Origin: an uncultured Thermoleophilaceae bacterium
GTDB lineage: Bacteria > Actinomycetota > Thermoleophilia > Solirubrobacterales > Thermoleophilaceae
Direction of reading: 5' to 3'
Assembly (NCBI GenBank): GCA_963774755.1
Contig: CAVZGG010000011.1
Coordinates: forward strand, 52,970-116,969
DNA: 64,000 nucleotides
The position numbers were made by a program, and so were the translations under genes. Below, in pieces: positions 57,944 through 64,000 of this stretch. Each line of letters begins with the position of its first letter. Positions within the stretch are counted from its first letter, which is position 1. The notes under the pieces are model-generated. The model searched no databases, had not been told where the DNA came from, and saw nothing but the letters and a program-made list of their open reading frames with translations.

Positions 57944-59511
57944 CTATTGGCCTAGTTTCAGCCGCTTCACGACACCGGTCTTGCCGAACACCGGCATCGT
58001 CCCGCCGGCGTCGTCGAGCACGTTCTGCCAGAGGCGGGCCACGACATCCGGATTGTCTGCCGCCACGTCGTTCTCCTCCTCTGGATCCTCCTCGGTGTCG
58101 AAGAGGCGCTTCTCCTTGCCCTGGTTGTCCGCGATGAGCAGGTAGCGCCCGTCGCCCGCGGCCACGTGGTCCGCGTACGCGGTCGTCCAGTGGTCGCGCT
58201 CGGGCGGGTCGCCGCCGTCGAACATCACGGTGAGGTCCTCGCCGTCCATCCTGCCGGGCACGGTGAGGCCCTGGAACGACAGGATCGTGGGCGCCACGTC
58301 GTGCGTCGAGGCGAAGTAGTCGCTCGTCTCGCCGGCCCGCTTGCCCTCGGGGTGGCGGATGATGTACGGCACGGAGTGGATCTCCTTGCCGAGCATCGAG
58401 TTGGCCTTGCCCATCAGGCCGTGCTCGCCGAGCAGGATGCCGTGGTCTGACAGGTAGTAGACGACGGTGTTCTCGGCCAGCCCGAGGTCGTCGAGCAGGT
58501 TGAGCAGGCGGCCGATCCACGCGTCGATGTAGGTGAGCTCGGCGGCGTACAGCTCGCGCACCTGCTGCACCTGGTCCTCCGTGACCTCGAGGTCCTCGAC
58601 CTTCGAGTACGGCGTCTTGAAGGGCAGGATCGGCTCCACGCCGTCGCGGTCCTTGAAGCGCAGCTTGAACGTGGTCGGCACGTTCCAGGCCTCGTGCGGG
58701 TCGAACGCATCGACGCCGAGGAAGAACGGCTGCTTGTCCTTCAGCTGGCGCAGCGTCTCCATGCCCGCCTTCAGGACGCGCGCGCCCGACAGCTCGTCGC
58801 CCTTGCGGCCCCTGTTGAAGCCGACGTTCTCCGCGATCCGCTTCTCGGCCTCGGTGCCCTGCGAGCGCGGGAAGCAGGTAGTTCTCGATCTGCTGCTTCG
58901 AGGCCACGCGGTCCTTGTCGATGCCGACGTTCCAGCTCCGGTACTCGCCCTGCTCGTAGATCGGCCTCGAGACGTCGAGCGTCTTCCGGAAGCGCTCGAA
59001 GCGCGGCCCGATCAGGAAGGGGTTGTCCGTCACGTAGGCGGTCTCGATCCCGCCCGCGTCCATGAACTCCGTGAGGATCCGCTTGTACGGCGGGATCGGG
59101 CTCCAGCCGGGGAACTGGGGCAGCTTCGGCGCGACCTTCCAGTCGCGGAAGGGGAACGAGCGCGTGCCGGTGAGGAGCGCGCGCCGGACCGCGACGGTGG
59201 GCATCGCCTCGGGCACCGCGCGGTCGAAGCGGAGCCCCTCCTTGGCGAGCGAGTCGAGGTTGGGCGTGTGGGCGAGCTCGTCGCCGTCGTATGCGCTCAC
59301 GAAGTCGCGCCGCGTGCTGTCGGTCACGATCAGCAGCACGTTCATCGGGTGCTCGTCGCGCCTGACGACCTTCGGGGCGGGCGCGTCGTCCGTCGCTGGA
59401 GTCGCTCAGGTCACAACCGCTTGCGGCGAGCGCGGCTGCGCCCGCAGCGCCCGCTCCGCCGTAGCGAATGAGGTCCCGTCGCGTGAGGCGGTTGATTCGG
59501 CTCGGGCGCAA
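57944..59511 (-). CDS. second sulfatase-like hydrolase (alkaline phosphatase superfamily) with a TAT signal, frameshifted near 59390 and near 58865
   Basis: Signal RRDLIRYGGAGAAGAAALAASGC. MNVLLIVTDSTRRDFV. LSDHGILLGEHGLMGK. Non-canonical MPTVAVRRALLTG at the CxPxR position. Confidence 0.7.
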
Positions 59512-59586
59512 GCGGGGGCACTGTAGCGATGAGCCGCCAAATTCCGGCGCGGACTGGGGCGGAGGCGTACGATTCAGTAGAGCGAG

Positions 59587-60054
59587 ATGGTCGAACTAGG
59601 CGTGGCTCTCCTGGTGGTCGGAGCCGCCCTCTTGGTGGCTGAGGCCCACGTGCCCGGAGGAGTGCTCGGCGTGGCCGGCGGGGTTGCGCTCGCGGCGGGC
59701 GCCGCGCTCGCGATCGGCGCGTCGGGCGGCGCGGTCGCGCTCGTGATCGGCGCGATCCTCGCCGCCTCGGCCGTGACCGGCCTGTGGCTCGCGCTCGCCA
59801 CCCGCAAGGGCCTGGCGGTACGCCGGCTGCGGGCCTCGTCCGGACGCGAGGCGCTCAGCGGCCGGACCGGCGTGGTGCGTCGCTGGAACGGCGGTGACGG
59901 GCAGGTGTTCGTGGACGGCGCGCTGTGGCGCGCGCGGCCGAGCTGGCCGGACGCGGAGCGAGGAGCTGGCCGCCGGCGACGCGGTGGTCGTCGAGCGCGT
60001 GAGCGGGCTGACGCTCGCGGTACGCAGAGCAGAGGAATGGGAGGAGCCCTGTGA
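59587..60054 (+). CDS. NfeD-family short membrane protein (partner of the SPFH protein) with two compensating indels
   Basis: N-terminal TM helices. C-terminal OB-fold segment [25 protein letters not shown]...[22 protein letters not shown]. The TGA overlaps the SPFH GTG (GTGA). Confidence 0.6.
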   Translation: MVELGVALLVVGAALLVAEAHVPGGVLGVAGGVALAAGAALAIGASGGAVALVIGAILAASAVTGLWLALATRKGLAVRRLRASSGREALSGRTGVVRRWNGGDGQVFVDGALWRARPSWPDAERGAGRRRRGGRRARERADARGTQSRGMGGAL

Positions 60055-60921
60055 TCGCGGTGATCCTGATCGTCGTGGTGGTGGCGGCGCTGGCGGCGCT
60101 CGCGCTGGCGGCCGCCTCGGTGAGGGTGCTGCGCGAGTACGAGCGCGGAGTGGTGTTCCGGCTGGGCCGCGTGATCGACCAGAAGGGGCCGGGCCTCGTG
60201 CTGCTGATCCCCGCGGTCGACCGCATGGTGCGCGTGACCCTGCGCACCGTCACGCTGCGGATCCCGCCCCAGGACGTCATCACGCGCGACAACGTCCCGG
60301 TGCGGGTGGCCGCCGTGGCGTACTTCCGCGTGATCGACCCGCGCTGCTCGGTGCTCGAGGTCGAGGACTTCATCGCGGCGACGCTCCAGATCGCCCAGAC
60401 CACGCTGCGCTCGGTGCTCGGCAAGGCGGAGCTCGACGCGCTGCTCTCCGAGCGCGAGCGGCTGAACGAGAACCTCCAGCAGATCATCGACGAGCAGACC
60501 GAGCCCTGGGGGATCAAGGTCACGATCGTCGAGATCAAGGACGTGGAGATCCCCGAGCGGATGCAGCACGCGCTGGCCCGGCAGGCGGAGGCCGAGCGCA
60601 ACCGGCGGGCGAAGGTGATCAACGCCGAGGGCGAGTTCCAGGCCGCCGACCGGCTCGCCGACGCCGCCGAGGTGATCCGCCCGAACCCGGTCACGATCCA
60701 GCTGCGCTACCTCCAGGCGCTCTCGGAGATCAGCGCCAACCAGGGAACGACGATCGTCTTCCCGCTCCCGATGGACGTGCTCCGGCCGCTGATCGAGGCG
60801 GGCACGGGAGGGCAGGCGCCGCCGAGGCGAGCGCGCGACGAGGGCGACGCACCAGCCGCGCGAGCTCTCGGGGCGCGCCCGCCGCGCTCCCCTGACCGCC
60901 GTCATCGCGGCGGTCGACGCG
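60051..60921 (+). CDS. SPFH/band-7 (stomatin-like) family protein
   Basis: N-terminal TM helix. [17 protein letters not shown]...[46 protein letters not shown]...[14 protein letters not shown]. No in-frame stop in the assembly before mmsA, probably because of an indel. The end coordinate is approximate. Confidence 0.75.
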
Positions 60922-62416
60922 TGACCGTCACCGAATCTGCCACCCGCGTGCTCGACAACTACATCGGTGGATCGTGGACCCCGGCCGCCGCGTCCGACCA
61001 GCTCGACGTGACGAACCCGGCCACCGGCGAGGTGCTCGCTCGGGTACCGCTCTCGAGCTCGGCCGACCTCGACGCCGCCGTGCAGGCCGCGCGTGCGGCG
61101 CTGGCGCCGTGGCGCGACGTCTCGGTGATCGCGCGGGCGCGCAAGCTGTTCGCGCTGCGCGAGGGCCTCGACAACCGCCGCGAGGACCTCGCCCGCTCGG
61201 TGACCATGGAGATGGGCAAGACGATCGCGGACGCGCGCGCCGAGGTGGCGCGCATGATCGAGATGGTCGAGGCCGCCTGCGCGATCCCGACGACCATGCA
61301 GGGCCGCATCCTCGAGGACGTGTCGCGCGGGATCGACGCCGAGACGATCCGCCAGCCGGTGGGCGTCTGCGCCGCGATCGTGCCGTTCAACTTCCCCGCG
61401 ATGGTCCCGTTCTGGTTCCTGCCGTTCGCGATCGGCTGCGGCAACACCTTCATCCTGAAGCCGTCCGAGCAGGTGCCGCTCACGCAGCAGATCGCCTTCG
61501 AGGTGCTCGACTCGCTGGCGCTGCCGCCCGGCGTCGTGAACCTGGTGAACGGCGGCCGCGAGGTGGTGGAGGGGATCCTCGACCACCCGGGCATCGACGC
61601 CGTCTCGTTCGTCGGCTCGGCGCCGGTGGCGAAGATCGTCTACGAGCGCTCGGCCAAGGCCGGCAAGCGCGTGCAGGCGCTCGGCGGCGCGAAGAACCAC
61701 ATGGTCGTGATGCCGGACGCCGTGGTCGACAAGACCGTGAACGGGATCATCGGCTCCGCGTTCGGCGCGGCCGGGCAGCGCTGCATGGCGGGCTCGGTGG
61801 TCGTGACGGTCGGCGAGGCGCACGAGCGCCTGCTGCCCGCGCTCAAGGAGGCCGCCGAGGCGGTCCGCGTGGGCGACGGCCTCGACGAGCAGAGCGAGCT
61901 CGGGCCGGTGGTCTCCGAGGCGGCGCGCGAGCGCATCCTCGGGGCGGTGGAGCGCGGGGTGAGCGAGGGCGCCGAGCTGGTCGTGGACGGCCGCGAGACC
62001 GGAATCTCCGAGGGCTGCTTCATCGGCGCGACGATCCTCACGGCGTGACGCCCGAGATGGAGCTCGCGCGCGAGGAGATCTTCGGCCCGGTGCTGTCGCT
62101 GATCCACGTCGAGACGCTCGACGAGGCGATCGACGCGGTGAACAAGAGCCGCTTCGGCAACGGCGTGTCGATCTTCACCGAGTCGGGTGCCGCGGTGCGC
62201 AGGTTCAAGCACGACGTCGAGGCCGGCATGGTCGGCGTGAACATCGGCGTCGCGGCGCCGGTCGCGTTCTTCCCGTTCAGCGGCTGGAAGGACAGCTTCC
62301 TCGGCGACCTGCACGCCCACGGGACGGACGCGGTGGACTTCTACACGCGCAAGAAGACCGTCACGTCGCGCTACTTCTCGAGCGGCGAGTCCGGCAGCTA
62401 CTTCGTCGAGACCTGA
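60920..62416 (+). CDS. mmsA: methylmalonate-semialdehyde dehydrogenase (CoA-acylating) / aldehyde dehydrogenase, frameshifted near 62040
   Basis: [11 protein letters not shown]...NPATGEV; [10 protein letters not shown]; catalytic Cys context GQRCMAG; C-terminal [20 protein letters not shown]...VGVNIGV. Confidence 0.8.
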   Translation, partial: RDRHRICHPRARQLHRWIVDPGRRVRPARRDEPGHRRGARSGTALELGRPRRRRAGRACGAGAVARRLGDRAGAQAVRAARGPRQPPRGPRPLGDHGDGQDDRGRARRGGAHDRDGRGRLRDPDDHAGPHPRGRVARDRRRDDPPAGGRLRRDRAVQLPRDGPVLVPAVRDRLRQHLHPEAVRAGAAHAADRLRGARLAGAAARRREPGERRPRGGGGDPRPPGHRRRLVRRLGAGGEDRLRALGQGRQARAGARRREEPHGRDAGRRGRQDRERDHRLRVRRGRAALHGGLGGRDGRRGARAPAARAQGGRRGGPRGRRPRRAERARAGGLRGGARAHPRGGGARGERGRRAGRGRPRDRNLRGLLHRRDDPHGVTPEMELAREEIFGPVLSLIHVETLDEAIDAVNKSRFGNGVSIFTESGAAVRRFKHDVEAGMVGVNIGVAAPVAFFPFSGWKDSFLGDLHAHGTDAVDFYTRKKTVTSRYFSSGESGSYFVET

Positions 62417-62424
62417 GCACGCCC

Positions 62425-63138
62425 GCCGCATCGACGCGCCGCGACGCCACCTTCGCGGAGGGCGTCCGCGCCGGCCTGCCGTTCGCCGCCGCCGGACTGC
62501 TCCTGTCGGTGTCGTTCGGCGTCGTCGCGCAGGAGCGGGTCTCTCGAAAGCTGGAGACGATCGTGATGTCGGCGATCGTGTTCGCCGGATCGGCCCAGTT
62601 CAGTGCGGTCGCGATCCTCGCCCAGGGCGGCGGGGCCGGCGCCGCCATCGCCGCCGCGGCGCTGATGAACTCGCGCTTCCTGCCGATGGGCGTGGCGTTC
62701 GCACCGTCGCTTCGCGGCGGGCCCCTCAAGCGCGCGCTCCAGGGTCAGGCCGTGGTCGACGCTTCCTGGGCGCTCGCCGCCCGCCCCGACGGCAGCTTCG
62801 ATCGCATGCTCCTGTTCGGGTCGTCCGCCGCCGCCTACGTACCTGGGTCACGGGCACCGCGGTCGGCGCGCTCTGGGGCGAGGCACTCGGCGACCCGCAC
62901 GACCTCGGGCTCGACGCGCTGTTCCCGGCGTTCTTCCTGGCGCTGCTGCTCAACGAGGCGCGCAGCGGCCGCGCGCGCGGGGTGGCGGCGCTCGGCGCGG
63001 CGATCGCGCTCGTGCTGGTCCCGGTGGCGCCGGTGGGGTGCCGGTGCTCGTGGCGAGCCTTGCTGCGCTCGTGGGACTCACGCCGGCGCGCGCGAGGCCG
63101 TGCTCCAGCGCCAGGAGGCGGAGGGGGAGCCGAGGTGA
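62425..63138 (+). CDS. azlC: AzlC-family branched-chain amino-acid exporter subunit, frameshifted; start codon unclear
   Basis: GLPFAAAGLLLSVSFGVVAQ...IVMSAIVFAGSAQFSAVAIL. The C-terminus continues in another frame. Confidence 0.6.
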   Translation, partial: AASTRRDATFAEGVRAGLPFAAAGLLLSVSFGVVAQERVSRKLETIVMSAIVFAGSAQFSAVAILAQGGGAGAAIAAAALMNSRFLPMGVAFAPSLRGGPLKRALQGQAVVDASWALAARPDGSFDRMLLFGSSAAAYVPGSRAPRSARSGARHSATRTTSGSTRCSRRSSWRCCSTRRAAAARAGWRRSARRSRSCWSRWRRWGAGARGEPCCARGTHAGAREAVLQRQEAEGEPR

Positions 63139-63437
63139 GCACGGGTGCGACCGTGATCACCGGATCCGCGCTCGTCACGTTCGCCATCAAGGCAGTTGGC
63201 CCGGTGGCGCTGGGAGGGCGCGGCTGCCGATCTGGTTCACGAGCGTGGTGGTGCTCCTCGCGCCCGCCCTGCTCGCCGCGCTCGTGGCGACCCAGGCGCT
63301 CGCGGACGCGATCGCTAGCCGTCGGGCCCGACACTGCCGGCGTGGCCGCCGGAGGCCTCGTGGTGTGGCGGACCGGCTCGATCGTCGCGTGCGTCCTGAT
63401 CGCCCCGGCGGTCACCGCGGCGCTGCGGGCGCTCTAG
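63135..63437 (+). CDS. azlD: AzlD-family small membrane protein, frameshifted
   Basis: GTGA overlap with azlC. MSTGATVITGSALVTFAIKAVGPVALGGR... and the C-terminus GLVVWRTGSIVACVLIAPAVTAALRAL lie in different frames. Confidence 0.5.
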   Translation: MSTGATVITGSALVTFAIKAVGPVALGGRGCRSGSRAWWCSSRPPCSPRSWRPRRSRTRSLAVGPDTAGVAAGGLVVWRTGSIVACVLIAPAVTAALRAL

Positions 63438-63479
63438 CGTGACCGAGACCCGTCAGCGTCCCTGAGTACGCGGCGGGGC

Positions 63480-63668
63480 CTACGCCCGGCGGCCTTTCGG
63501 TCGCGCGCCCGCCTCGTCACGAGCGGCGGCCTGCGCGCGCTTCCGCTCCGCGCGCTCGCGCTCCTGCGTCTCGCGCTCCTTCTTGCCCGCCTTGCGCGTC
63601 TCCTCGTTGCGCTGCGCGATGCGGTCCTTTTCGGCTTTCCAGGCGGCTTCGCTCATCGGACCTTCCAT
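63480..63668 (-). CDS. small basic hypothetical protein (62 aa)
   Basis: Lys/Arg/Glu-rich helical protein. Weak call. Confidence 0.3.
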   Translation of the reverse strand: MEGPMSEAAWKAEKDRIAQRNEETRKAGKKERETQERERAERKRAQAAARDEAGARPKGRRA

Positions 63669-63846
63669 ACTGCTCCCCCGGGTTCAACCACTGTGAGATG
63701 CGAGGAGCAACATCCGACGGTGGTTGCTGCACCACAGAGACTACAGGCGGTTCATCCGCACCAGGCCGTGGCCTGCCTGCCCCAATGCTCCGCGCCCCGC
63801 CCGGGGCCATGCTCCCTCCAAGTCAACTACCGAAGGAGAGAGCAAT

Positions 63847-63990
63847 ATGGAAGCAACCAATCAGACGACCCAGAGCAACTCCCTCGACGGCGCTCGTGCG
63901 TGGTTCGCGGAGAGAGGCCTGGCGAGAAGGCGAGAGGACAGAATGCTCGCCGGGCGTGGCTGGGGCGTTTGCCCGTCGCTACGAGGTGAA
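63847..63990 (+). CDS. hypothetical ORF whose 3' end runs off the window
   Basis: ATG preceded by ggagagag. Open to the window end. No family recognised. Confidence 0.2.
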
Positions 63991-64000
63991 CCCGTTCGCG

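Noticed and set aside
1-64000. A search for CRISPR arrays, tRNA or rRNA genes, and insertion sequences.
   Set aside because: No regularly spaced direct repeats, cloverleaf-like conserved tRNA segments or transposase/integrase ORFs were seen. The only notable direct repeat is the 17-mer at 6945 and 7070.

Overview
A 64 kb high-GC (about 70%) chromosomal segment with Actinobacteria-like (possibly Thermoleophilia-like) gene content. It is core and metabolic DNA, not an obvious mobile or defence island. Coding density is high, and many neighbouring genes overlap by 4 nt (ATGA or GTGA) in the usual translational-coupling pattern. No rRNA, tRNA, CRISPR array, transposase or integrase was recognised.

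Main blocks, left to right:
(1) An atypical LuxR-type regulator, a berberine-bridge-like FAD oxidase and an MFS transporter.
(2) Sulfatase-like hydrolases, an ArsA-type ATPase, a secreted glucuronyl-C5-epimerase-like protein, an aldo/keto reductase and TerC.
(3) An SRPBCC-ArsR-LysE operon facing clpP and an M28 aminopeptidase, then an ECF sigma factor with an anti-sigma candidate.
(4) An overlapping pair: a glutathionylspermidine-synthase-like ATP-grasp amidoligase and a ferritin-like di-iron protein.
(5) A fatty-acid beta-oxidation block: acyl-CoA dehydrogenase, a PadR regulator, 3-hydroxyacyl-CoA dehydrogenase, enoyl-CoA hydratase and a Sir2 deacylase.
(6) A large secreted cell-wall hydrolase with a lytic transglycosylase domain and an M23 peptidase domain.
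(7) A lipid module: epimerase, PlsC acyltransferase, an NHL/PKD secreted protein, and a two-domain AcrA1-like fatty acyl-CoA reductase.
(8) A MerR-adenylate cyclase fusion and tilS.
(9) A large nucleoside salvage and uptake locus at 42.5-53.9 kb: upp, a CYTH-cytidine deaminase fusion, punA, deoA, add, a BMP-family binding lipoprotein, an ABC ATPase, two permeases and an AMP-nucleosidase-like gene.
(10) A decayed region at 54.0-56.1 kb.
(11) A GAF-HD-GYP protein, MarR and XRE regulators, a second sulfatase-like gene, an NfeD-SPFH pair, mmsA and azlCD.

Many genes, especially in the second half, carry single-base indels in G/C runs that split the reading frame. These could be uncorrected assembly errors or genuine pseudogenes. 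The 54-56 kb fragments look genuinely decayed.

The best candidates for uncharacterised biology are the ATP-grasp/di-iron pair, the CYTH-cytidine deaminase fusion, the AMP-nucleosidase-like terminal gene of the nucleoside operon, and the non-canonical sulfatase-like paralogues.
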